A stretch of 64,000 nt of DNA. Origin: Candidatus Moraniibacteriota bacterium. GTDB taxonomy: Bacteria; Patescibacteriota; Minisyncoccia; Moranbacterales; UBA1568. The position numbers were made by a program, and so were the translations under genes. Below, piece after piece: positions 38,819 to 47,326 of the stretch. The first letter of the stretch is position 1, and each line of letters starts with the position of its first letter. Where the stretch lies: the NCBI GenBank assembly GCA_030648835.1, contig JAUSGT010000002.1:501458-565457 (forward strand), in the 5' to 3' direction. A model generated the notes under the pieces. It had not been told where the DNA came from. It saw only the letters and a program-made list of their open reading frames with translations, and did no database searches.

Positions 38819-38833
38819 ATTGTGCGTCGCGTT

Positions 38834-39811
38834 TTACGCAACAACACTTGTTTGGCGGTATTTTTTCATGACACCTTTTCGGATGCGGCTGATGTCGGTG
38901 TGCATCATATAGGCCCAGTTCTGCATCCGTTGCCATTTGGTGCCCATCTTATTGACGAAGCGGGCGTAGGCCATCGGATCTTTCTCCGGGTCAGGTTTAT
39001 TCCAATCTCCGGTACCCGGAATGGGAGCGATGAATTCGAAGCCGTCTTCTCCTTCACCGAAAGCATCGAGCAGCTTGATGAGCGTGGGGACTTCTTCGAC
39101 CCCGTGTTCATCGTATTCATAATCCGCGGGTAAGATGTTGCCGGCTTTGTCACGCCGTTCATCGTCCCAGGCAGGGATGGTAGAGCGACGAGGATCATCG
39201 AGGCGCCGCTGCTCACACATCGTGTCGAAGCCACCGACCTGCATAAGAGAAATATTATGCCAGAGTGAGCACGTATTCATGATGTAGCCTTGCATCACGT
39301 ATGGCTTGATGGCGTCGAAGCCGAGGCCCGTGACGAGCGCGCCTTCGTCGAGCGCACCGAGCATACACGCGAAGGAATCGTGCGTAATGTTGGAGTCGGC
39401 CTCGCTTGAAAGGATGAGTGAATGACTGCAGCCTTTGACAAGCTGGACGGCGACTGCCCGATTCAGAATCTGACAGAAAATATCGCCGTGTTTCATTTCG
39501 TGAACCCAGACATTGGGTATATCACGTTCAATGATTTCGACGACCAGCGCCTCGGCGAGTTTCCCACAGTCATGGTCCTTGCGCGCTCTGTCAGACGCTA
39601 CCCAGATATCCACCCGTTTGATGGTATTCTTTTCCGGGTGGTGTCTCAAGGTTTGCAACATTTCGACGGTGCCAAGCAATTGCTTGACGCGCGCCGGGAC
39701 ACTTTCCTGTGTTCCGGCAAATCCGCGGAGGATGGCGCCAACAGTATTCTTTTCGAGGAAGTGTGCCGCGCCGCGTTCGTGGACTGCATTGCTGCGTATG
39801 TCTTGTATCAT
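38834..39811 (-). CDS. GC-rich hypothetical protein, GT-A-like fold candidate; paralog of the 60063 gene
   Basis: 'LSSEADSNITHDSFACMLGALDEGALVTGLGFD' aligns with 'CLDDNEHSFLSALDLLEKIEQGYLGAIGT' of the 60063 protein. AGGAGA Shine-Dalgarno. Own consensus promoter. Confidence 0.4.
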   Translation of the reverse strand: MIQDIRSNAVHERGAAHFLEKNTVGAILRGFAGTQESVPARVKQLLGTVEMLQTLRHHPEKNTIKRVDIWVASDRARKDHDCGKLAEALVVEIIERDIPNVWVHEMKHGDIFCQILNRAVAVQLVKGCSHSLILSSEADSNITHDSFACMLGALDEGALVTGLGFDAIKPYVMQGYIMNTCSLWHNISLMQVGGFDTMCEQRRLDDPRRSTIPAWDDERRDKAGNILPADYEYDEHGVEEVPTLIKLLDAFGEGEDGFEFIAPIPGTGDWNKPDPEKDPMAYARFVNKMGTKWQRMQNWAYMMHTDISRIRKGVMKKYRQTSVVA

Positions 39812-39942
39812 GAGTTTTCTCCTGAGGTTGGTAGACCTTTAGGCCCGGAGCTTTTTCAGGTATCCCAGAGGGTGAAATTGTCAAAGTACCCATACTACCG
39901 GGTACCGAGACCCAGTGTCGCGCATTTTTAGCTCGACCATAC

Positions 39943-39971
39943 ATTATACACCTTTTTAGTGATTTTGTCAA
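39943..39971 (-). promoter_or_regulatory. Consensus sigma-70-type promoter (TTGACA-17-TATAAT) on minus strand for the 38834..39811 gene
   Basis: Reverse complement reads TTGACA-aaatcactaaaaaggtg-TATAAT. Confidence 0.55.
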
Positions 39972-40025
39972 GAAGAAAATTAAGACGATTTATGTTAGAG
40001 TAAAGCAGAAATCATTTTATAGTGA

Positions 40026-40162
40026 CATGCCCGGTAGTGAAATTTCGACTAAGTTTTATTGGCCTAGCTATATAAGGGCTAGTGTTTGGTTTTTAAATAT
40101 AAATGTTTATTGAGTTTTTTTGACATAATGCAAATGTCGAAATTCTACTACCGGGTATGCGT
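40026..40162. repeat. Inverted-repeat cassette, family B, copy 1 (25-bp IRs about 110 bp apart; right IR contains the ATG of the downstream gene)
   Basis: CATGCCCGGTAGTGAAATTTCGA ... TCGAAATTCTACTACCGGGTATGCG. A degenerate extra box lies at 39871-39905. Confidence 0.6.
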
Positions 40163-41089
40163 AAAAACCTCCTGACCGCGGGGAAAATCCTCATAACGTT
40201 GGCACTGGTATTCTGGCTGATTGAGCGCGTCGATTGGCGGGGGGTATTGGCGCAGCTCTCCTCCATCACCTGGCCGCTCTTGTTTCTCTATGTCGTTTTT
40301 CAGCTGCTCGGTAATCTTATTTCCGCCAAGAAATGGCAGACTATCGGACGTTTTAAAGGGCTCGACTTCAGTTTGCGAGAAGCGTTCTTCGCTTATTTGG
40401 CAGGGACATTCATCAACAACTTCTTGCCATCCACCATTGGTGGCGATGCCTACCGTACTATTTGGTTGGTGAAGCGCTCCGGCGCGCGCGCGGCCGCTCT
40501 TTCCACGGTTATTTTTGATCGTTTCATCGGACTGTGGACGATCGCTCTTTTGGCACTCTTGTTCAGTCCGGTGTTGTTTCCTTTTATGAAAGAAAGTCTC
40601 CCGCTTTCTCTCTCCTACATCACCCTCGTCGTTTTTTTCGTGGTAGATCTCGTCATCACGTACGCGTACTGTCAAGCATGGTTTCATACTCTCGTGGCGC
40701 GCCTACCGTTTCACAAACTGCGCCGCTTTTTGGAAGAGATTATTTTTTACACCAAAAAACACATCTGGCTCAAAACCAGTCTCTGGTCAGCTCTCTTCAT
40801 CTTTGTCGGCTTGGTACTTTCCAACTTTACCTTGTTCCACGCTCTGGGAAGTGATATTGGGATTCTTCCCTTTGCGAGCGTCATGTTCCTTGTGGCCATC
40901 GTCGCGTCTATCCCGATCTCGATCAATAATATCGGTATCAAGGAGTGGGCTTATATCACCTTCTTTGGCCTGGTCGGGGTGAGCGTAGAAACGGCCGTGA
41001 CGGTGGCGCTCCTCTCCCGCTTCATCCAGATGCTTCTCTCTTTCATCGCTTTGCCGCAATACTTGAGGAAAGAAGATACCAAACAATAG
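40157..41089 (+). CDS. UPF0104 flippase-like membrane protein (lysyl-PG synthase TM-domain family)
   Basis: 'FINNFLPSTIGGDAYRTIWLVKRSG' family signature. 8 TM helices. Confidence 0.6.
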   Translation: MRKNLLTAGKILITLALVFWLIERVDWRGVLAQLSSITWPLLFLYVVFQLLGNLISAKKWQTIGRFKGLDFSLREAFFAYLAGTFINNFLPSTIGGDAYRTIWLVKRSGARAAALSTVIFDRFIGLWTIALLALLFSPVLFPFMKESLPLSLSYITLVVFFVVDLVITYAYCQAWFHTLVARLPFHKLRRFLEEIIFYTKKHIWLKTSLWSALFIFVGLVLSNFTLFHALGSDIGILPFASVMFLVAIVASIPISINNIGIKEWAYITFFGLVGVSVETAVTVALLSRFIQMLLSFIALPQYLRKEDTKQ

Positions 41090-41114
41090 ATATTTTTAAA
41101 AAGATTTTTCGTTT

Positions 41115-41209
41115 ATCCAGCACCTTCCAGAATACCCCGTGGTCTTGTCACGGGGGTAAATGGAAACATCAATCCATCCTGCGTGGTTCAATACCCTAAG
41201 GTGCTGGAT
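41115..41209. repeat. Palindromic repeat element, family A, copy 2
   Basis: ATCCAGCACCTTCCAGAATACCCCGTGGTCTTGTCACGGGGG...AAGGTGCTGGAT. The last 5 codons (NPAP*) of the convergent minus-strand gene are encoded inside it. Confidence 0.7.
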
Positions 41210-43034
41210 TTACTTTGACGACCTTGATAAAGTTTCCTTGACGGTTGCCGATAAAAAGTTGCCAAGCCGGATTGGGCGCGTTGTAATATCGGTACGCCGT
41301 GAGCCCCGATTTTTCTTCCCAGCGATCGTATTTCGGCATATAGCGGATCTGTCCGCGGCGCGTGAGGACGTAGTAATCCGGGTGGAGCGTTTCTTTATCG
41401 AATGAGTAGGCCGTGAGGCAACGCCCGACAAAAAATTCGCAGACGCCGTAGTAATCCGACCAGACGGTGAGCCGCTCTGCGTTTGGGAGACCATTCAGGT
41501 AGACCGCGGCTTCGTAGCCGCCATAGCCCCAGGCATCACTGATGAGGGCGTTTTGAGGGAGGAGGAAATTGGTGTAATTGAAGTAGAAAGGTTTGATGGT
41601 GATGAGACTGGCAAGCGAGCCCAAGAAAATGATGGAGGTTATGAAAAACGGCGTCCATCGTGGGGTGAACTTTTCACAGATAAACCAGAAACCAAGGGCT
41701 GCCAAAAAAGCGAAAAGAGGATAGAGGAAAACGCTGTAGCGCGGCGTCGAGAGGACATTGGAAAAAAGAAGGAGAAGTGTGTACGCGAGAGCGAAAAGGA
41801 GTAAACCGGAAGAGAAAAACGAATAGTTGTTTTTCTTTTTTACTATAAGCGTGGTGAGGAGAGCCGTCAGTCCCAAGAGTACGAGTGGCGTGAGTGAAAA
41901 GATTATCGGGTTCCATTCCAGAAGCAAGGCTTCCAAAAAGCGGGGAGTGTCCGTATAGTAGCGGGCGTTGGAAAGGTCTTTGATGTCGAAAGGGATGAGC
42001 GCGAAGATTCTCCACCCGGCAAAAAAGTTTCGGGCGATGATGAGGAAGAAAAAAATACCCAAAAACAGAAATGGTAGCGCGCGCGAGAGAGGAACAAGAA
42101 ATTTCCGGTAAAGGGTACGGACAAAGAAGAGGAACTTGTTTTTGAAAATGAAGGTGTCGAGGGCGAGCACGCCAAGGAGGAGTCCTCCACTTGAAAAGAA
42201 GATCAGTTTATGGGGAAGGGCAAGGAAGAAGGCATCTCGGGCGCTCGGACTGATGAGAAGAGCGGGAAGAAAAAGGCACAGAAGAATGAGCGCGCCAAAA
42301 ACAATTATGGTCCATTGGATGAGAGATTTCTTCAAAGCGCTCCGCAGAGTTTCATCGGTCGTCTCATCGGCACGCAAGAAGCGGAAAAGAATAAGCGCCA
42401 AGAAGAAAGGAAAGAGAATAAGTGCCGTGTATTTGGAAAGGAGTGCCAAGCCGGTACAGACGACAGTGAGCCACAGGAATTTCTTTTCTTCGGATTTTAA
42501 GAGGGCGAAAAAAGAAAATATCGCCACCATACCGAAGGACCAGAGGAGACTGTCGGGATTCACGATTTGCGAGATGCCCAGCAGAATCGGTGAAAGGGCC
42601 GAAAGGAGAGTAGTCCAGAGAGCGATCCAAGGATTCGTCAGTTTGACAATGAGAAAAAAGAGAAGGAAGAGAAGGCATCCGTTCAAAATGAGAAGAGGGA
42701 GACGAAAGTCTCTGTATATCGCCTCTACCCGATTCGTTTGGCAGGTGAGTATTTTGGCGTTGCTTTCGACGCATAGTGTCTTGGAATCGGGGTCGAGAAA
42801 GTAGCCTATGCCGGAAACCAAAGCCAGACTCACGCCGGGCTTGTCGTTGATAAAGGTTTTCTTCCATTTGCTGTTGGCTACGGCATCCCAGTATTGCGGG
42901 ACGCGTTCATAGACCCAGTAGTGCTCGTCCGCGGTGATGAACTTTCCCAGGTGTTGGAGGCCAAAGAAAAAATACGCGGAGAAAACAAGCGCCAATGAGA
43001 TATGGAAAAAATATCTGTTGAGAAAACCAAGCAT
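41196..43034 (-). CDS. GT-C polytopic glycosyltransferase, ArnT/PMT (GT39/83)-like
   Basis: 'FITADEHYWVYE' DE-motif in first extracytoplasmic loop, 'DKPG', about 13 TM helices, C-terminal soluble domain. Confidence 0.6.
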   Translation of the reverse strand: MLGFLNRYFFHISLALVFSAYFFFGLQHLGKFITADEHYWVYERVPQYWDAVANSKWKKTFINDKPGVSLALVSGIGYFLDPDSKTLCVESNAKILTCQTNRVEAIYRDFRLPLLILNGCLLFLLFFLIVKLTNPWIALWTTLLSALSPILLGISQIVNPDSLLWSFGMVAIFSFFALLKSEEKKFLWLTVVCTGLALLSKYTALILFPFFLALILFRFLRADETTDETLRSALKKSLIQWTIIVFGALILLCLFLPALLISPSARDAFFLALPHKLIFFSSGGLLLGVLALDTFIFKNKFLFFVRTLYRKFLVPLSRALPFLFLGIFFFLIIARNFFAGWRIFALIPFDIKDLSNARYYTDTPRFLEALLLEWNPIIFSLTPLVLLGLTALLTTLIVKKKNNYSFFSSGLLLFALAYTLLLLFSNVLSTPRYSVFLYPLFAFLAALGFWFICEKFTPRWTPFFITSIIFLGSLASLITIKPFYFNYTNFLLPQNALISDAWGYGGYEAAVYLNGLPNAERLTVWSDYYGVCEFFVGRCLTAYSFDKETLHPDYYVLTRRGQIRYMPKYDRWEEKSGLTAYRYYNAPNPAWQLFIGNRQGNFIKVVKVNPAP

Positions 43035-43163
43035 ACCCAGTAGTGAAACTTCGATAGTTTTTTAGGAAAACTATCTCTGTGTATCAAATGTTATTTTTTA
43101 TCAATGCTTCTTATGAAAGATTCCACCATAATACTTAATCGAAGTTCTACTACTGGGCATAGC
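43030..43163. repeat. Inverted-repeat cassette, family B, copy 2
   Basis: AGCATACCCAGTAGTGAAACTTCGA ... TCGAAGTTCTACTACTGGGCATAGC. Left IR overlaps the ATG (on minus) of the 41196..43034 gene. Right IR abuts the stop of the 43163..45433 gene. Confidence 0.6.
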
Positions 43164-45433
43164 TATTGTTCAAAACGGAACACTTTGACGAAGTGCGACG
43201 GACGATTATTGATGAGGATGTGGAAGAGCGGATTGGTTTTCGTGTAGTACTGATCAAAACGGATGATTCCGGGTTTATTATTGGCGATATCTCCGCCCAT
43301 CATCTTGGTTGTTCGACTCTGGCGGCCGGCAGAAACGACGATATAGTCGAGCCCGTTTTCCCGCATCATCGCATAGTTCCGACTGCTTGAGCATCGGCCG
43401 ACGAAGAATTTGCATACTCCATCTTTGTCCGTCCAAATGAGCATATTTTTGGCCTCAGGCAAGGAGTTCAGATACTGGGCGGCCTCATAGCTCCCCGCGC
43501 CCATATCTTTCACGTCAACGCTGTATTTGGCCGGCAGGAGCGCTGAGGCATAGCTCAGGGGAAAGGGTGTGAGAAAAAGCGTCAGCCCTCCCAAGAGGAT
43601 AACGAGAGAAGTCACGAAGACCGGTGTCGGCATTTCTTTGAGGGAGAATTTTTTGTGGATGGCAGTCAGACAATGTTCGAGAGTAATCCCGGCGATAATG
43701 GCGGCCAGGGGGAAGATGATAATCTGGTAACGGACAATCGCTCCCACGTGATTGACGGTTGTTCCGAGATAGTAGAGGAGAGTGAAGACGATGAGGTAGA
43801 AAGAAGTGCGCAAGGCGACCGATTCCGCAAAATGTTTTTTGAGAAAGAAAAAGGGCGCGATAATAAGAAAGAGGAAAACGAGCGGAGTGATACCGAAAAG
43901 GAGCGGGTAGAAATTCGTGAGGTAGGCGCCGATGAAATCGCTTTTGTCGGCAATCGTCTTGGGCGAGGCGAGGAGTTCCATAAAGTGATAGGGTGTCATA
44001 CCGAGCCACGTATCGAGAAGAGTGAAGGAAACAGCCGTAAAAAATATTCCACCGATGACCCAGGCGAGAGTGTGTTTTAGTTTTTGGAACAGGCTCAAAA
44101 TGACGCCGGTGAAACGGGATGCGTTCAGCCATTGATCGAGAAGAATGAGAAGCGTGACCACCAGAAAGAGAGGAGCCACTTTTTCAAAGGCTTGGCTTCC
44201 GAGGGTGGAGGTGAAGAGTTTCATTGGTTTGATCCACACGGCTGGAAAGAGAATGTAAAAAGTGGTGAGCGCCGCAAAGGTGAGGAGGGCAAGATGCTCA
44301 AGCGATTTTTTCAGGTAGCGAGTGAAAGGAATGAGCGCCTGTTTGGGATGGTAGAGATATTCGAGGAAAATGAGACCGAGGAAAAAAACAAAAAGAATAT
44401 TGGCGACATACTTGGTGAGGAGCGCCAAACCGAGAAAAATTCCGGAGAAGATGAGATAGCGAAACGAGCCACGTTTCTGAAATACAAGGTACGAGAGGAG
44501 CGAAAGCGGAGCAAAGACCCAAAGCAGCGAATCAGGGTTGATGATTTTGGTTATACCGATCAAGACCGGGGAAAGCGCGATAAAAGCGAAGCCGAACACA
44601 GCGTGTCTTCTCCCGAGCAGGCGTTCCAGAAAAAAGTAGAAAAGCGGCAGGAAGAGCGTGACAAAGAGAAGCTGTGGGAGACGGAAAGCGAAGTAATAGC
44701 TTTTTACATCGTTTTTGAGGTTGAGAACCTCACCTTGGTAGTGCGTGGTACGGTACTCTTTGGTCGATTTGAAAAATGTGCCGGGCCCGGTTACCAGAGC
44801 CACGGTAATACCCGGTTTATCGCTGATACCGGTGCCTTTCCAATCGCGCTCCCCGATATTTTTCCAGTATTTGGCGATGCGACCATCGATCCAGAGTGGT
44901 TCATCGACTGCGGCATACTCTGTGAGGCGGGAGAGTCCGAAAACAAAAAACATTCCTGTTACGATGAGGATGAGGAGAAGCGTCGGCAACCCTTGGGCGA
45001 TGAACCAATTCTTGCAGGTCAGCGCTTCACTGTCGATTCTGTTTTCAGCGGCGCGTTCTTTGCCAATGAACAGGGCGGAAACGAGTACACCGCTCGCGAT
45101 AACGTACATCCCAAGCGCTATCCAGAAAATATAGTGAAAATGACGAGAGGCGCTGAGGCCATAGGCCAAAATGAGTATGCCCGGAAGCCAGATGAGGAGC
45201 AGCCGGGAAAGCCACTTTTTCCAATCGAATTGCGAAGAAAAATAGGCAACCGCGCCTAAAGAAAGTACGCCGGCAATGGCGAAACCGAGATAAAATGGAT
45301 TGTTGCTCGAAGCGAGACGAAAGAGCGCGAGAGAATTTACTTGAAGAGAAACAAAGAGAAGTGTAAGCAATGCGTTGCAGACTGTCAAAATCCCGTAGAC
45401 ACGTTTTTCTTGGTTATCGAAAAAAGCCAACAT
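43163..45433 (-). CDS. GT-C polytopic glycosyltransferase, ArnT/PMT-like (tandem paralog)
   Basis: 'AAVDEPLWIDG' DE-motif, 'DKPGITVALVTG'. More than 14 TM helices. Confidence 0.6.
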   Translation of the reverse strand: MLAFFDNQEKRVYGILTVCNALLTLLFVSLQVNSLALFRLASSNNPFYLGFAIAGVLSLGAVAYFSSQFDWKKWLSRLLLIWLPGILILAYGLSASRHFHYIFWIALGMYVIASGVLVSALFIGKERAAENRIDSEALTCKNWFIAQGLPTLLLILIVTGMFFVFGLSRLTEYAAVDEPLWIDGRIAKYWKNIGERDWKGTGISDKPGITVALVTGPGTFFKSTKEYRTTHYQGEVLNLKNDVKSYYFAFRLPQLLFVTLFLPLFYFFLERLLGRRHAVFGFAFIALSPVLIGITKIINPDSLLWVFAPLSLLSYLVFQKRGSFRYLIFSGIFLGLALLTKYVANILFVFFLGLIFLEYLYHPKQALIPFTRYLKKSLEHLALLTFAALTTFYILFPAVWIKPMKLFTSTLGSQAFEKVAPLFLVVTLLILLDQWLNASRFTGVILSLFQKLKHTLAWVIGGIFFTAVSFTLLDTWLGMTPYHFMELLASPKTIADKSDFIGAYLTNFYPLLFGITPLVFLFLIIAPFFFLKKHFAESVALRTSFYLIVFTLLYYLGTTVNHVGAIVRYQIIIFPLAAIIAGITLEHCLTAIHKKFSLKEMPTPVFVTSLVILLGGLTLFLTPFPLSYASALLPAKYSVDVKDMGAGSYEAAQYLNSLPEAKNMLIWTDKDGVCKFFVGRCSSSRNYAMMRENGLDYIVVSAGRQSRTTKMMGGDIANNKPGIIRFDQYYTKTNPLFHILINNRPSHFVKVFRFEQ

Positions 45434-45526
45434 AGGAGGTTGCTTCAGAGCTTAAAATGGTTTAAAATGAAGGAAAGTTTACTTGTATCCTAGCCTAATT
45501 TAGGGAAAAAAGAAAGGCTGAAAAGT

Positions 45527-47314
45527 GTGTTTCAATTTTCTTCAAAGCAACTGGTAATTATCTCCTTGATAGCCATCATTTTATTTGGGGGTTTTTTGCG
45601 TACGTATCATTTTTCCGACTGGCTTCATTTTGAATTGGATCAGGCGCGGGATGCGCGCGTCGTCGATGACGCTCTTTCCCTGGGACCGGGTGAGTTGACG
45701 CTTTTGGGACCGAAGGCTGGCGGGACAGCGCTTCGTCTGGCGCCGGGATTTTATTATCTGGAGTATGTGAGCGCGCTCGTATTTGGTGGAACGCCCGCCG
45801 GTATGGCGGCGTTTGTGATGATCTTTTCCGTTCTTTCCCTTCCGCTTTTTTACTTTTTGCTCCGGAGGTTTTTCCCTTGGAAATTTTCTCTGGCGTTGAC
45901 ACTGCTTTTTGCCGTTTCGGAATACGCGGTGATGTACGGACGGTTCGCGTGGAATCCGAACCTTATCCCATTCTTCTCACTCTTGGGGTTCTACGCGCTT
46001 CTCCGATCGGTCGATCACGAAGAATCAAGGAAGAGTGGATGGTTCCTTGTCTCGGTTTTTTCCCTTACTTTGGCGACCCATTTTCACTTTCTCGCTTTTC
46101 TCGCCTTGCCGGCTATTTTTGTGCTTTTTCTTGTTTTTCGTCGGCCGCGTTTTCCTTGGAAAACATGGGTTTGGGCCGGAATAATTGCTCTCTGTCTCTA
46201 CGCGCCGCTTCTTTTGAATGAAATGGAAACCGGCGGCGCCAATACGCGTGAATTTTTCAAAGCGGTGACCGAAAAATCAAATAACGAAAAGCATTCTTTG
46301 ATTGAAAAGGCTCTTCGTGACGTATCGGGGCACGCGCTTTCCGGTATGGTTATCACGACCGGTTTTGAAGGGGGTACATTTCCGGCGGTGGTTGTCGCGA
46401 AGGAAGGTAAATGGATAGACTGGACCTGCGATAACCGCTGTGATAAGGGGAAATGGTATGGGATAGCGGCCACGCTCGTTTTCATAGCCAGTCTTTTTTC
46501 GCTTGGGTGGCTGTGGTTCAGGACAATGGAACGCAAACGACTCGATTTTCTGCTCCTCTGTGGGATATGGTTCGGTGTTACTTTTACTCTTTTCTTGCCG
46601 CTCGCGTATGATATCGTTCCGAGATTTTTTCTCCTTTCCCTTCCGCTTTTCTTTATTTTTATCGGGTTTGTTTTATTCTCCATAAGAAAGCTTTTCGGTG
46701 CCAGTCGAATCGTACGCCAGGCGGTATGGATACTGCTTGCTCTTCTTGTCGTTTCCAATCTTTTTTTCCTGACGCAGCGTTTTGACGAATTGTCGCAAGC
46801 CGGGAGCGCGGCCATCGATAGCCCGCCGGATCGTATTTTGAAGGAACGCATTCGTGTGACACTGGAGCAACAGAATGCGATTGTAGATTTTCTCGGGGAG
46901 CGTTTCCAAAAAACGGGCTACCCGGTGTTTATGTGGAGCGAACCTCAGCACCGTCGCGCGCTCAAGTACCTCTTGGAAAAACGTGGAATAGAGAATGCCG
47001 TCTTGGGTTTTGATGGGGTATATCGGCAAGGCGTTTACTATCTTATTTTACGGGCCCAATCCGATCTTGAGGACGCGCTCAAGAAATATCGCGCAAGCTA
47101 CACAGTCGGGAAGACGACCTCATTCGGGACGCTGGTTGTGATCGAACTCATGCCAAAACCGGAAGCTATCATGGGTGAACGCAGGGATTTTTCGGCGGCG
47201 AAACCTGTGGAAATCAAATCTTCACCGCGCTATACCTGGCGGGAATATTTCAGTCGCAATTTTTCTCAACCTGAGAACATAAAAGAGGATATCGAAGACG
47301 CAGAAGATAATTAA
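45527..47314 (+). CDS. GT-C-like polytopic membrane protein (ArnT/DUF2029-like)
   Basis: GTG start. 'FELDQARDARVVDD' acidic loop after TM1. About 11 TM helices plus C-terminal soluble domain. Confidence 0.45.
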   Translation: MFQFSSKQLVIISLIAIILFGGFLRTYHFSDWLHFELDQARDARVVDDALSLGPGELTLLGPKAGGTALRLAPGFYYLEYVSALVFGGTPAGMAAFVMIFSVLSLPLFYFLLRRFFPWKFSLALTLLFAVSEYAVMYGRFAWNPNLIPFFSLLGFYALLRSVDHEESRKSGWFLVSVFSLTLATHFHFLAFLALPAIFVLFLVFRRPRFPWKTWVWAGIIALCLYAPLLLNEMETGGANTREFFKAVTEKSNNEKHSLIEKALRDVSGHALSGMVITTGFEGGTFPAVVVAKEGKWIDWTCDNRCDKGKWYGIAATLVFIASLFSLGWLWFRTMERKRLDFLLLCGIWFGVTFTLFLPLAYDIVPRFFLLSLPLFFIFIGFVLFSIRKLFGASRIVRQAVWILLALLVVSNLFFLTQRFDELSQAGSAAIDSPPDRILKERIRVTLEQQNAIVDFLGERFQKTGYPVFMWSEPQHRRALKYLLEKRGIENAVLGFDGVYRQGVYYLILRAQSDLEDALKKYRASYTVGKTTSFGTLVVIELMPKPEAIMGERRDFSAAKPVEIKSSPRYTWREYFSRNFSQPENIKEDIEDAEDN

Positions 47315-47326
47315 AAATCCATACTT

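Noticed and set aside
40945-41199. ORFs 40945..41199 (+) and 48911..49312 (-) sharing the peptide 'FQNT(P/L)WSCHG'
   Set aside because: The shared peptide is just the translation of family A repeat copies. Not evidence of a protein family.
43655-45259. Plus-strand ORFs (141 aa, 391 aa) inside the minus-strand GT-C gene, with Glu/Lys/Arg-rich low-complexity translations
   Set aside because: Antisense of a hydrophobic membrane protein gene typically yields such charged ORFs. The minus-strand gene has a coherent TM architecture and DE motif.
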